From positions 1 to 60,987 of the forward strand of contig CAKPIH010000002.1 in NCBI GenBank assembly GCA_934162325.1: DNA of 60,987 bases, in the 5' to 3' direction. The position numbers and the translations under genes are program-made. The notes under the pieces are model-generated. The model saw nothing but the letters and a program-made list of their open reading frames with translations. It did no database searches and was not told where the DNA came from. The stretch is from an uncultured Bacilli bacterium (GTDB lineage Bacteria; Bacillota_I; Bacilli_A; RF39; UBA660). Below are positions 1 through 8,779 of this stretch, piece after piece. Position 1 is the stretch's first letter; each line of letters begins with the position of its first letter.

Positions 1-144
1 TTTAAGAGACAGCAATTATCAAAATAAATTAATAACCCTAATTAGTGATTCAATCGAAAAATATTATCAAAATAAATAAAACCCCTTTCAAAAAATACAA
101 AAATAGTGTATACTTCTAGTAGAGACTAAGAAGGGTGATAATAT

Positions 145-501
145 ATGCAAAAAATATATTTAAAATATGATGAATATACACCACCAGTAGAATGTGACTA
201 TGGCTTTATACCAGAAATGGTTTACCTAGGATTCTTATATCCAATCAAGAAAAAGAATTATAAAATGTTTTATATCATGTTAATGACTGAAGTAGCAGTA
301 TCAACTTTAATAATGTGCTTTATCCCATTTGTAATAGGCATAATCATATGTATAGCAATGTTATTTGTCATAAATCTCTTATTCGCAGCCAACTATAACA
401 TGATAGTAATTGAAGAACTACTAAAAGATGGCTATGTCCCATTAGACTATAATTCTTCAGATATTTTAATAAAAAAAGGAATATACTTTAAACTCCAGTA
501 G
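145..501 (+). CDS. small integral membrane protein, function unknown
   Basis: 118-aa ORF with SD-like AGAAGGGTGA upstream. Adjacent hydrophobic helices (AVSTLIMCFIPFVIGIIICIAMLFVINLLF). Co-oriented with the Abi_2 gene and 85 nt upstream of it. Confidence 0.4.
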   Translation: MQKIYLKYDEYTPPVECDYGFIPEMVYLGFLYPIKKKNYKMFYIMLMTEVAVSTLIMCFIPFVIGIIICIAMLFVINLLFAANYNMIVIEELLKDGYVPLDYNSSDILIKKGIYFKLQ

Positions 502-585
502 TAGATGTATTCCTTTTATTTTTCAAAAAAATAACAAAAAATATATCATTTTTTTCAAAACTATGATATACTTTAATACAGAATA

Positions 586-1527
586 ATGGGAGTTGATATT
601 GTGGAGAAAAATTTTAAGACAATAAATGAACAAGTAGAAATATTAAAAAACAAAGGTCTTATAATTGAAGATGAAAATGTCGTTAAAGATACCCTACTCA
701 GAGAAAACTATTTCTTTTTAATGGGTTATCGTCACGCCTTCCTTATATCACAAAAGGAAAGAAAATTCATACCCGGTACAACTTTTAATGAAATATACTC
801 ATTATTCACATTTGATAGGAATTTTAGAAATATAATATTTAAAAATGTACTTGTTATCGAAAATCAATTAAAATCAGTAATATCATATCAATTATCCAAG
901 AAGTATGGATATCGGGAAAAAGATTATTTAAATCCTAAAAACTTCACTCAAGATCATGATAAAGCACGCCGTGTTCGTGACTTAATTGATAAGATGAAAA
1001 GACAAATAAGAATTAATGCTACCACCCATAATGCTACAATACACTACATAAATAACTACGGTTATATTCCCTTATGGGTTTTAGTAAAAGTATTATCATT
1101 CGGAATAGTTTGTGAATTATATACCATATTAAAGAAAGAAGACCAAATAGAAGTAGCAGAAGTTTTTGATACTACTCCAAGCGTCTTATCAGATATACTA
1201 ATAATACTATCCAACTATCGAAATTTATGTGCTCATGAAGATATCGTGTTTGAACATAAAACTGAAAGAGTAATACCAGATACAGAATATCATGGCCTAA
1301 TGGAAATACCAAAGATGGATGGCGAATATATTTATGGTAAAAATGACTTATTTGCAGTAATTATAATCTTTAAAATATTACTAAATAAAAAAGCCTTTCG
1401 TTTAATGATGAAAGAAATAGAATATGAAATAGAATTGTTAGATGGAAGAGTGGATACCATTCCAATAAGTAAAATATTAGATAGAATGGGATTTCCAGAA
1501 AATTATATAGAAATAATAGATAAGTAG
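586..1527 (+). CDS. Abi_2 family (AbiD/AbiF-like) abortive-infection protein
   Basis: 313-aa ORF. N-terminal TINEQVEILKNKGLIIED and the C-terminal LSNYRNLCAHEDIVF block are the hallmarks I associate with Pfam Abi_2. GTG at 601 with a GGGAG SD is an alternative start. Confidence 0.7.
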   Translation: MGVDIVEKNFKTINEQVEILKNKGLIIEDENVVKDTLLRENYFFLMGYRHAFLISQKERKFIPGTTFNEIYSLFTFDRNFRNIIFKNVLVIENQLKSVISYQLSKKYGYREKDYLNPKNFTQDHDKARRVRDLIDKMKRQIRINATTHNATIHYINNYGYIPLWVLVKVLSFGIVCELYTILKKEDQIEVAEVFDTTPSVLSDILIILSNYRNLCAHEDIVFEHKTERVIPDTEYHGLMEIPKMDGEYIYGKNDLFAVIIIFKILLNKKAFRLMMKEIEYEIELLDGRVDTIPISKILDRMGFPENYIEIIDK

Positions 1528-2652
1528 GTGATAATAATGAATAAGAAAAATAATAAAATAATAATACCTCTTTTAGTATTAGTAGCCTTTATTGGAGGTT
1601 CAGTATGGACATATCTAGTAATAAATCAATTAAATAGAGGTACAACAAATTCAGTAACTAAAGGGGGAAACTATACAATAAATGAAAATAGCATATCCGG
1701 AGCAGTAGATAAAATATATGATGCCACTGTAACCGTAGCCACTTATAAAGATGGCAAAGCAGTATCAACAGGAACAGGTTTTGTCTATAAAAAAGAAGGC
1801 TCAACAGCCTATATAATGACTAACAACCATGTTATATCAGGAGGAGACTCTGCTAAAGTAATCTTTAGTGATGGAACATCAGCAGATACTAAAATATTAG
1901 GCGGAGAGACATATTCAGATATAGCAGTATTAACAGTAAGTGCTGCAAGTATAAAACAAGTAGCGACATTAGGAAACACAGATAATATAAAATTAGGAGA
2001 CACAACCTTTGCTGTAGGAGCTCCACTTGGTGATACTTATAGTGGTACAGTAACTAAAGGAATCCTATCAGGAAAAGATCGTTTAGTAGCAGTATCATTC
2101 TCCGGAAGTAATTCTGATTACTATATGAAAGTATTACAAACAGATGCTGCTTTAAATCCAGGTAATAGTGGTGGTCCATTATGTAATGTAAATGGAGAAG
2201 TAATAGGAGTAACATCTTTAAAACTTACTCAGGAAAAAACAAGTTCAACAACAAGTTATAGTGTCGAAGGAATGGGCTTTGCTATCCCAATAGAAGACGC
2301 TCTATCATATGCTGGTATTATCGAAAAAGGTGAATCAGTAAAGAGACCATATATTGGAATAAGTATGTTAGATATAACAGATAGTTATTACTTATGGCAG
2401 GCTGGAATAACTTTACCAAAAGGTGTTGAAAAAGGAGTAGCAATTCTAGAAGTAGTATCATCTTCACCAGCAGAAAAAGCCGGATTAAAGAAAGGTGATA
2501 TCATAACTAAATTAGAAAAAGAAGAAATATCTTCAGTAGCAGAACTTCGTTATGAATTATATAAACATAATCCAGGAGATAAAGTAACAGTAACATACAA
2601 CAGAAATGGTAAAGAGTTAACTTCTGAAGTAACACTTGAAGAATCAAAATAA
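1528..2652 (+). CDS. htrA: HtrA/DegP-family membrane-anchored serine protease with PDZ domain
   Basis: N-terminal TM helix. Trypsin-like triad contexts TNNHVI, DIAVL and GNSGGPL. C-terminal PDZ-like region (GLKKGDIITKL). ATG at 1537 behind AGGTGA is the likelier start. Confidence 0.85.
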   Translation: MIIMNKKNNKIIIPLLVLVAFIGGSVWTYLVINQLNRGTTNSVTKGGNYTINENSISGAVDKIYDATVTVATYKDGKAVSTGTGFVYKKEGSTAYIMTNNHVISGGDSAKVIFSDGTSADTKILGGETYSDIAVLTVSAASIKQVATLGNTDNIKLGDTTFAVGAPLGDTYSGTVTKGILSGKDRLVAVSFSGSNSDYYMKVLQTDAALNPGNSGGPLCNVNGEVIGVTSLKLTQEKTSSTTSYSVEGMGFAIPIEDALSYAGIIEKGESVKRPYIGISMLDITDSYYLWQAGITLPKGVEKGVAILEVVSSSPAEKAGLKKGDIITKLEKEEISSVAELRYELYKHNPGDKVTVTYNRNGKELTSEVTLEESK

Positions 2653-2678
2653 TCTAGATTAATTCTAGGTTATTTTTT

Positions 2679-2870
2679 TCCACTTCAAACTTAAATAAAT
2701 TTAAGTTTTCCGTGGTGTTAGTGAGCCAAAAATATTTGTCTCTCTAACAAACAATATTTAAGTATATATCCATTGCTTCTATATAATAGATATGGTTGAT
2801 ATACTACTTATAGGCAATACAAATATTGGCTATAAGTAGCACTGTAAGACTACATAAGACTTACAGTGAT
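2679..2870 (+). repeat. hairpin-repeat family, composite copy (degenerate left arm plus right arm)
   Basis: Left arm has hairpins AAACTTAAA/TTTAAGTTT and GTTAGTGAG-CCAAA..-CTCTCTAAC. Right arm has the box GTATATATCCATTGCTTCTATATAATAGATATGGTTGATA, then hairpins CTACTTATAGGC..GGCTATAAGTAG and CACTGTAAGAC..GACTTACAGTG. Confidence 0.7.
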
Positions 2871-2969
2871 ATTAAAAATAAAATAATAATGTAAAAAAAA
2901 TATAAAACTATTGTATTTTGTATGTAATATTTGTTATAATAAATATGACAAAAAGAAAGGTGAAGAAAG

Positions 2970-3419
2970 ATGGAAGAATACAAAATAACATCACATAGTG
3001 ATAATGAAACAATAGCAATTGCACAAAACATAGAATCAGAAAAGTTTCCTAATATGGTAATATGTTTAAATGGTGATTTAGGTAGTGGAAAAACAATGTT
3101 TACTAAAGGATTTGCTCATGCTATGGGAATAGATGAAATAACATCTCCAACATTTACAATAATAAAAGAGTATGTCGGAGAATTACCATTATATCATATG
3201 GATGTATATAGATTAGAAGATTCACATGAAGATATAGGAATAGAAGAATACTTTGATAAAGGTGGAGTAACCATAATAGAATGGGCTGATATGATAAAAG
3301 ATATCTTACCAGAAGAAAGATTAGATATTAAAATCAAAATCGCAGATGATAATACAAGAATATTAATATTAAAACCACATGGGGAAAAATATGTAAATAT
3401 ATGTGAGGCCATAATATGA
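2970..3419 (+). CDS. tsaE: tRNA t6A37 biosynthesis ATPase TsaE
   Basis: 149 aa with P-loop GDLGSGKT, conserved SPTFT and HMDVYRL motifs. Operon context with tsaB, rimI and tsaD. Confidence 0.85.
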   Translation: MEEYKITSHSDNETIAIAQNIESEKFPNMVICLNGDLGSGKTMFTKGFAHAMGIDEITSPTFTIIKEYVGELPLYHMDVYRLEDSHEDIGIEEYFDKGGVTIIEWADMIKDILPEERLDIKIKIADDNTRILILKPHGEKYVNICEAII

Positions 3420-4000
3420 TAAGTTTATTTATAGATACATCACTTGAAGATGTATCTATTGCCTTAGTAAAAGAAGGAAAAGAACTATCTCAAATACATG
3501 AATACATACCAGGAAAACATTCTATATATGTAACTCAGTATATAAGTGATATTCTAAAAAACAATAACTTATCCCCAGATAATGTTGATGAAATAATCGT
3601 CGTAAATGGACCAGGATCATTTACCGGTATCCGAATAGGAGTAACCATAGCCAAGATGTTTGCTTATATCGAAAAAATAAGAATTGTAACCATAACATCT
3701 TTAAAAGCAAGAGTCCTAGGCCATACTGGAGATTATCTATTAACAACAATAGATGCCAAACACAATAATTATTATGTTGGCGTATATGACAAAGAATATA
3801 ATACTATTGAAGAGAAGTTTACTTCCTTTAAAGAAGTAGAAGAACTAAAAGAAAAATATTCCCCAGTAGTCATAGAACAAACAACACCATATCAAGTAGA
3901 ACAAATTCTATCATATACAAAGAATCTAGAAAGTGAAAATCCACATGGTGTGAACCCTATCTATCTAAAACTACCTGAAGCGATGGAGAAAAAATGTTAA
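3416..4000 (+). CDS. tsaB: tRNA t6A37 biosynthesis protein TsaB
   Basis: 194 aa with GPGSFTGIRIG motif. 4-nt overlap with tsaE. Canonical tsaE-tsaB-rimI-tsaD order. Confidence 0.8.
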   Translation: MISLFIDTSLEDVSIALVKEGKELSQIHEYIPGKHSIYVTQYISDILKNNNLSPDNVDEIIVVNGPGSFTGIRIGVTIAKMFAYIEKIRIVTITSLKARVLGHTGDYLLTTIDAKHNNYYVGVYDKEYNTIEEKFTSFKEVEELKEKYSPVVIEQTTPYQVEQILSYTKNLESENPHGVNPIYLKLPEAMEKKC

Positions 4001-4347
4001 GAGAAGTAATAAAAGATGACCCAAGTCCTTATGTAAAATATATAGAATATATTGAAGAAGATAAAGTACTAGGTTATCTAAAATATTCCCTTATTTATGA
4101 CCGCATGGAAATAGATAATATTCTTGTTGAGCCAGAGTATCGTGGTCAAAAAATAGGAAATAAATTAATGAGTAGATTAATAAGTATAGCTATCGAAGAA
4201 CATGTCGTAAACATAACTCTAGAAGTAAGAGTAAGCAATGAAATAGCCAGAAATCTCTATAAAAAGTTTGGCTTTAGAGAAGTAGCCCTAAGAAAGTTCT
4301 ATTATGGAGATGAAGATGCTATACTAATGGAAAAACAGGTGATGTAA
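3994..4347 (+). CDS. rimI: GNAT acetyltransferase, RimI-like (ribosomal-protein-alanine N-acetyltransferase)
   Basis: 117 aa with the GNAT acetyl-CoA motif YRGQKIGNKLM. Lies between tsaB and tsaD as in other Bacillota. Confidence 0.7.
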   Translation: MLREVIKDDPSPYVKYIEYIEEDKVLGYLKYSLIYDRMEIDNILVEPEYRGQKIGNKLMSRLISIAIEEHVVNITLEVRVSNEIARNLYKKFGFREVALRKFYYGDEDAILMEKQVM

Positions 4348-5364
4348 ATGAAAGATGTATATATATTAGGAATAGAATCAAGTTGTGATGAAACAAGTAT
4401 GAGTATTGTTAAAAATGGTAGTGAAGAAATAGCAACCATTGTACTAAGTCAAATAGATATTCATAAAAATTATGGAGGAGTAGTCCCTGAAATAGCTAGC
4501 CGTAACCATATTGAAAATATAACAATTGTTTTAGAAGAACTTCTATCTAAAGCAAATATGAAACTAGAAGACATAACCGCTATCGGAGTAACATATGGTC
4601 CAGGACTAATAGGTAGTCTTTTAATAGGAGTACAAGCTGCTAAAACAATATCTTTAGTAACAGGAAAACCATTAATACCAGTTCATCATATTATAGGACA
4701 CATCTATGCCAATAACCTAAAAGAAAGATTAACATTCCCCCTAATAGCCTTAGTAGTAAGTGGAGGACATACCGAACTAATCTATATGAAAGAAGACTAT
4801 TCCTTTACCAAAATAGGAGGCACTTTAGATGATGCTGTCGGAGAATGTTATGATAAAGTAGCCAAAGTATTAGGGCTAGAATATCCAGGAGGACCAAAAG
4901 TAGATAAACTAGCCCATCTAGGAAAAGATACCTATAACTTACCATATCCTCTAGACGATAGTACCTATAACTTTAGCTTTAGTGGTATCAAATCCGCTGT
5001 CATAAATCTTGTACATAACGAAGAACAAAGAGGAAACATCATAAACAAAGAAGATTTATGTACAACGTTCCAAAATAGAGTCGTAGGAATAATAACAAAG
5101 AAAACAATGAAAGCTATAAAAGAATATAAAGTATCAAATCTTGTAGTAGCGGGAGGTGTGTCAGCAAACTCTGGCTTAAGAGAAAAATTAACTGAAGAAT
5201 GTCAAAAAGAAAACATTCACATATCTTTCCCTGAACTAAAATATTGTACAGATAACGCTACCATGATCGCCGCTGCTGCCTACTTTGCCTATCAAAAAAA
5301 TATCTTCGCCGACCTAACATTAAATGCTATGGCAACAGATACTATATATAAAGAGTGGAAATAA
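4348..5364 (+). CDS. tsaD: tRNA N6-adenosine threonylcarbamoyltransferase TsaD
   Basis: 338 aa with ILGIESSCDETS, HHIIGHI, GGHTELI and VAGGVSAN motifs typical of Kae1/TsaD. Confidence 0.95.
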   Translation: MKDVYILGIESSCDETSMSIVKNGSEEIATIVLSQIDIHKNYGGVVPEIASRNHIENITIVLEELLSKANMKLEDITAIGVTYGPGLIGSLLIGVQAAKTISLVTGKPLIPVHHIIGHIYANNLKERLTFPLIALVVSGGHTELIYMKEDYSFTKIGGTLDDAVGECYDKVAKVLGLEYPGGPKVDKLAHLGKDTYNLPYPLDDSTYNFSFSGIKSAVINLVHNEEQRGNIINKEDLCTTFQNRVVGIITKKTMKAIKEYKVSNLVVAGGVSANSGLREKLTEECQKENIHISFPELKYCTDNATMIAAAAYFAYQKNIFADLTLNAMATDTIYKEWK

Positions 5365-5365
5365 G

Positions 5366-5390
5366 GATTATAGAAATATAATCTTTTTTT
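5366..5390 (+). terminator. intrinsic terminator after tsaD
   Basis: GATTATA-gaaa-TATAATC stem-loop followed by T7. Confidence 0.7.
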
Positions 5391-5469
5391 AATTTCTAAG
5401 GACAATCTCTATTACAATAAAAAATAATTTCACATAAAATAAAGTGATTATGAATAGAGGTGAAAAAAC

Positions 5470-5775
5470 ATGGAATTCATAAAGCAAAATACCGAACTAG
5501 TAATAACCCTACTTACTATGACATTAACATGGATACTTGGTTTTATTTCTAAAAGATGTCCTTATGTAAATAACAATCTAATAATAATACAAAACATAGT
5601 AATTGGCCTATCAGTATCAATATTCTATTTTATAATAACCAAAGACTTCAATTTAGCCATAACCTTAAGTGGACTATTCGCCGAAACAGGATATAATCTT
5701 ATTCATAATATAGAAAAATTAATAAAGGAGGGAGATAATGGTAAACATAGTAAAGAAGATAGTACCAGAGAGTAG
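5470..5775 (+). CDS. phage-type holin-like membrane protein
   Basis: 101 aa with 2-3 TM helices and a charged C-terminal tail. Overlaps the downstream amidase gene by 38 nt, the arrangement of a phage lysis cassette. Confidence 0.5.
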   Translation: MEFIKQNTELVITLLTMTLTWILGFISKRCPYVNNNLIIIQNIVIGLSVSIFYFIITKDFNLAITLSGLFAETGYNLIHNIEKLIKEGDNGKHSKEDSTRE

Positions 5776-6682
5776 ATATTATCTAAAATGCCCTTATGAA
5801 ATGGCTCCTACTAGAATAGTAGTTCATAATACCGCTAACGACGCTCCTGCTCGAAATGAAATAAGTTATATGACAAATAATGACTATGAAACATCCTTTC
5901 ATTATGCTGTAGATGATAAAGAAATAGTTCAAGGTTTGCCTGAAAATAGAAATGGTTGGCACGCCAGTGATGGAAATGGTAAAGGAAATAGAGAAGGAAT
6001 AGCCATCGAAATATGTTATTCATTATCAGGGGGAGAACGCTTTATTAAAGCCGAACAAAATGCAGTTGACCTAATCGTAGACATATTAAATAGATATAAT
6101 TGGGATATCGATAAAGTAACAAAACACCAGGATTACACTAATAAATATTGTCCTCATAGAACACTAGATATGGGGTGGGATAGATTTCTAAATATGATAA
6201 ATGAAAAACTATCAGAAACTAGAGCCAGACCTTTCATAGTAGGAACAAAGATATATAACACTGAAGATATTTACCTAACTGAAACAGCAGGTTATGGCGG
6301 AGGGCAAATGTTACTAACTAAAAATACTGAGTCAATAGTAAAAAAATACCACTATAATAAAGGATTATATATGGCATTAGGAACAGAAAATACATATTAT
6401 GATGCAGCTTGGACTAATAATTATAGTAAGTTTACAACTACTAAACCACCAGTTGAAGAACCAAAAAAAGAAGAAAATACTACCCCAGTTGAAGACAATA
6501 AAGAGCCAATTAAAGAACCAGAAAAAGAAGATAATAATAAAGAAAATAATGATAATCAAGATAATAAAGATACAAATGATAATGACTTAGATAAAGAATT
6601 AGAAAGACAAAATCCATTGTTATGGTTTATAGATAAAATAATAAAATTACTAGTAAAAATATTTAAAAGAAGGAAAAAATAA
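5738..6682 (+). CDS. N-acetylmuramoyl-L-alanine amidase (Amidase_2/PGRP fold), endolysin-like
   Basis: N-terminal RIVVHNTANDA, GWHASDG, EICY and KHQDYTNKYCPH motifs of zinc amidase_2. C-terminal K/E/N/D-rich low-complexity linker and a terminal amphipathic/hydrophobic helix. Confidence 0.8.
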   Translation: MVNIVKKIVPESRYYLKCPYEMAPTRIVVHNTANDAPARNEISYMTNNDYETSFHYAVDDKEIVQGLPENRNGWHASDGNGKGNREGIAIEICYSLSGGERFIKAEQNAVDLIVDILNRYNWDIDKVTKHQDYTNKYCPHRTLDMGWDRFLNMINEKLSETRARPFIVGTKIYNTEDIYLTETAGYGGGQMLLTKNTESIVKKYHYNKGLYMALGTENTYYDAAWTNNYSKFTTTKPPVEEPKKEENTTPVEDNKEPIKEPEKEDNNKENNDNQDNKDTNDNDLDKELERQNPLLWFIDKIIKLLVKIFKRRKK

Positions 6683-6697
6683 ATCCTTCTTTTTTTT
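6669..6697 (+). terminator. probable intrinsic terminator after the amidase gene
   Basis: GAAGGA/TCCTTC stem spanning the stop codon, followed by T8. The stem is short. Confidence 0.45.
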
Positions 6698-6700
6698 CAG

Positions 6701-6730
6701 TTCACACTTCGTTGTTCACTGTTGTTGCTT
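6701..6730 (+). repeat. hairpin-repeat family, truncated left-arm box
   Basis: TTCACACTTCGTTGTTCACT is identical to the box at 36963-36982. The element is cut short by the 3' end of the convergent gene. Confidence 0.6.
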
Positions 6731-6735
6731 ATAGA

Positions 6736-7374
6736 TTAATGTTTAACACATTTACCAATTATCACTGGGCACTTATCGGGAAAAAAATCAAAATATTCAA
6801 ATTTAATGTTATAATTCGCAAAATTAGAGGTTTTAAACTTTAAGTAATTAATCCAATTTTTATAGTTATCAAATACTTTACCATCTTTTGAATTATGAAT
6901 GCATGGACATAAATATAAGATAAAATCTTTCTTATATTTATAACAATTATCAATAATATTTTCAGTAATATAACATGGTCTAATACCGATAATTAAATCA
7001 TATTTTGATAAATCATAAGGTTTATTTAAATCATATTCAATGGTGTTAATGCCTCTATAATTTTTGATTAATATTTTATTATTAATGGCATCAATATTAA
7101 TACCATTGTTTTTATATATTGCTGATAAAATAGGAATATAGCCACAAGCGACTTCTAATAAATTCATATTATCAATATCAAAATAAGCATTAACAACATT
7201 ATAAAAATCGAAATATACAGTTTTTTTAATGTCTATTAAATTTAAGTAACAATATATTTGATCTATATCACAGGTGTATCCGTAATTGCACTTTGATAAT
7301 CTATTGTTATGAAAATAATCTTCATAAAAAGTTTTATTTTTATATATAAAATTAATGACTTTTTTATTTGACAT
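6736..7374 (-). CDS. hypothetical Rossmann/methyltransferase-fold-like protein (UPF0146-like?)
   Basis: 212 aa. LLEVACGYIPILS resembles SAM-MTase motif I and DLIIGIRPC resembles the UPF0146 signature. Cys-rich. Divergent from the peptide/ThiF operon. Confidence 0.3.
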   Translation of the reverse strand: MSNKKVINFIYKNKTFYEDYFHNNRLSKCNYGYTCDIDQIYCYLNLIDIKKTVYFDFYNVVNAYFDIDNMNLLEVACGYIPILSAIYKNNGINIDAINNKILIKNYRGINTIEYDLNKPYDLSKYDLIIGIRPCYITENIIDNCYKYKKDFILYLCPCIHNSKDGKVFDNYKNWINYLKFKTSNFANYNIKFEYFDFFPDKCPVIIGKCVKH

Positions 7375-7533
7375 TTATAATCACCTAAAAATATTATAAT
7401 TTTATTTTGCATTAATTTCAATAATTATAATAAAAAAATTAAATTTATATAGAATTCCCCAATATACATTTAAAATCAAAACTAAAGATTAAGTTCCGTA
7501 AGCAACAAAAAAAGCATAAAAAACATAAAACAA

Positions 7534-7562
7534 TTGACATTTTGAGGTAAATTTGATATAGT
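7534..7562 (+). promoter_or_regulatory. sigma-A type promoter of the small-ORF/ThiF-like/ABC-F operon
   Basis: TTGACA (7534-7539), 17-nt spacer, TATAGT (7557-7562). Confidence 0.65.
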
Positions 7563-7613
7563 ATGCTCAGAAAGCTTGTAAATAATGGCTTTCTAAGAAA
7601 GTGAGGATTAACA

Positions 7614-7679
7614 ATGAAATTTACTATTAGAAAAATTAATGATAATAAGTTTGAATGTCATGTTGATCAAAACTGCTAG
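7614..7679 (+). CDS. 21-aa peptide MKFTIRKINDNKFECHVDQNC, candidate precursor (or leader) peptide
   Basis: Below the ORF-track size cut-off. SD GTGAGGA lies 6 nt upstream of the ATG. It sits between a consensus promoter and a stem-loop, directly upstream of the E1-like gene. Confidence 0.5.
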   Translation: MKFTIRKINDNKFECHVDQNC

Positions 7680-7701
7680 TTATATTCTAAATTATAACTG
7701 A

Positions 7702-7730
7702 TTACAAAAGGCTTTTTAAGCCTTTTGTAA
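7702..7730 (+). promoter_or_regulatory. 13-bp perfect stem-loop between the small ORF and the ThiF-like gene
   Basis: TTACAAAAGGCTT-ttt-AAGCCTTTTGTAA with no downstream U-tract. Candidate attenuator or mRNA-stabilising structure. Confidence 0.6.
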
Positions 7731-7750
7731 AATTATAGGAGGATAAATGT

Positions 7751-8779
7751 ATGTTAATAATAAATCCACTAAAACCATTTTACAAAAATACTGAAGAAAA
7801 AATAATTAGAATGGGCAACTTTAAAGACACAGGAAAAGAAATTAATTATGAAGACGATAGTTTGATTAAATTGTTTGAAATTATAAGAAAACCAACTTCA
7901 AGAGAAAAAATAGTAGAAATCTTACAAGAAAATGACAAATTATCTTTAGAAGAAATAAATGAGGCACTGGATTATTTAATAAAAGAAAAATTTATAATAA
8001 AATATGAAGATTATAACAAAATAATTAATAGTGGAAAGTTTAATAGACAAAGTTTATTTTTTTCAATGGTAAGTGATGATTTAAAAGAATGGAGAGTTAA
8101 TAATGAAGTAAATATTTTAATATTAGGGATAGGTGGAGTAGGAGCTAATGTAGCTGTATTACTATCAAGAGCTGGATTCTCAAAACTTACATTAGTTGAT
8201 TATGATAAAGTAGAAGAGTCAAATCTTATCCGTCAAATTCCATATTCTATTAATGACATAGGAAAAAGTAAAACAGAAGCCATTGCTGAAAAGATTGACA
8301 GTAAAGAAATAAGTACTATCAATAAAGAAATATTAAAAGAATCGGATATAGAAAGTGAAATTGCTAATACCAGCTTTGTAATATGTACTTTAGATAAACC
8401 ATCTAGAGTTATCAGAAGAACTATTAATAAACTATGTGTTAAATACAACAAGCCTGTAATCTTTTCTGGTTTTGCCGAACATGTTGCAATGATAGGCCCC
8501 TTTATTATTCCTTCAAAAACGGCATGTTTAAAATGCATAGAAAGAGAAAGTAATAATGAACCATTGAATAATGTTACTATTACACCATCATATGGACCAC
8601 TATGTTTAATTATAGCCAGCATAGTATCAAATGAAGTAATTAACTATTTCTTTAAGTTTAAAAGTAGTAATTTAATAAATAAAACAATGATGTTTAATAT
8701 TTTATCTTATGAAACAAATATAATAAATTGGCAAAAGAAAAAAGATTGTGAGGTGTGTGGTAAAAATGATAGTAAATAA
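7751..8779 (+). CDS. E1-like ThiF/HesA/MoeB-family adenylyltransferase with N-terminal winged-helix (RRE/peptide-clamp-like) extension; MccB/PaaA-like
   Basis: SD AGGAGGA. Motifs FNRQSLFF, ILGIGGVGANVAVLLSRAGF and LVDYDKVEESNLIRQ. Two CxxC pairs (CLKC, CEVC). About 95-aa N-terminal extension (EKIVEILQENDKLSLEEINEALDYLIKEKFII). Confidence 0.75.
   Translation: MLIINPLKPFYKNTEEKIIRMGNFKDTGKEINYEDDSLIKLFEIIRKPTSREKIVEILQENDKLSLEEINEALDYLIKEKFIIKYEDYNKIINSGKFNRQSLFFSMVSDDLKEWRVNNEVNILILGIGGVGANVAVLLSRAGFSKLTLVDYDKVEESNLIRQIPYSINDIGKSKTEAIAEKIDSKEISTINKEILKESDIESEIANTSFVICTLDKPSRVIRRTINKLCVKYNKPVIFSGFAEHVAMIGPFIIPSKTACLKCIERESNNEPLNNVTITPSYGPLCLIIASIVSNEVINYFFKFKSSNLINKTMMFNILSYETNIINWQKKKDCEVCGKNDSK

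Noticed and set aside
6377-6590. Repetitive K/E/N/D stretch with ORFs called in three frames (6377-6559 minus, 6399-6590 plus)
   Set aside because: This is low-complexity coding sequence of the amidase C-terminal linker. The alternative-frame ORFs are artefacts of the A-rich repeat.
5470-6682. Prophage
   Set aside because: Only the two-gene lysis cassette is present. There are no capsid, tail, terminase, integrase or repressor genes within the flanks.
8233-8622. 129-aa antisense ORF inside the ThiF-like gene, along with the many other 60-130-aa minus-strand ORFs in the track that lie within + strand genes (for example 1809-2003, 3194-3412, 11913-12227, 15789-16094, 21371-21736, 23099-23434, 34591-34839, 45419-45685)
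   Set aside because: They lie entirely antisense to genes with strong motif support. They have no SD, and their low-complexity S/L/F/I-rich translations are typical of AT-rich antisense frames.
7751-8779. ThiF-like gene as a housekeeping TcdA (ct6A dehydratase, tempting because tsaEBD is nearby) or as MoeB/ThiF
   Set aside because: It has a ~95-aa N-terminal extension and two CxxC pairs, which are not TcdA-like. There are no thiS, moaD or thiazole genes nearby. It is in a dedicated operon with a tiny ORF. The possibility still needs a phylogeny to exclude formally.
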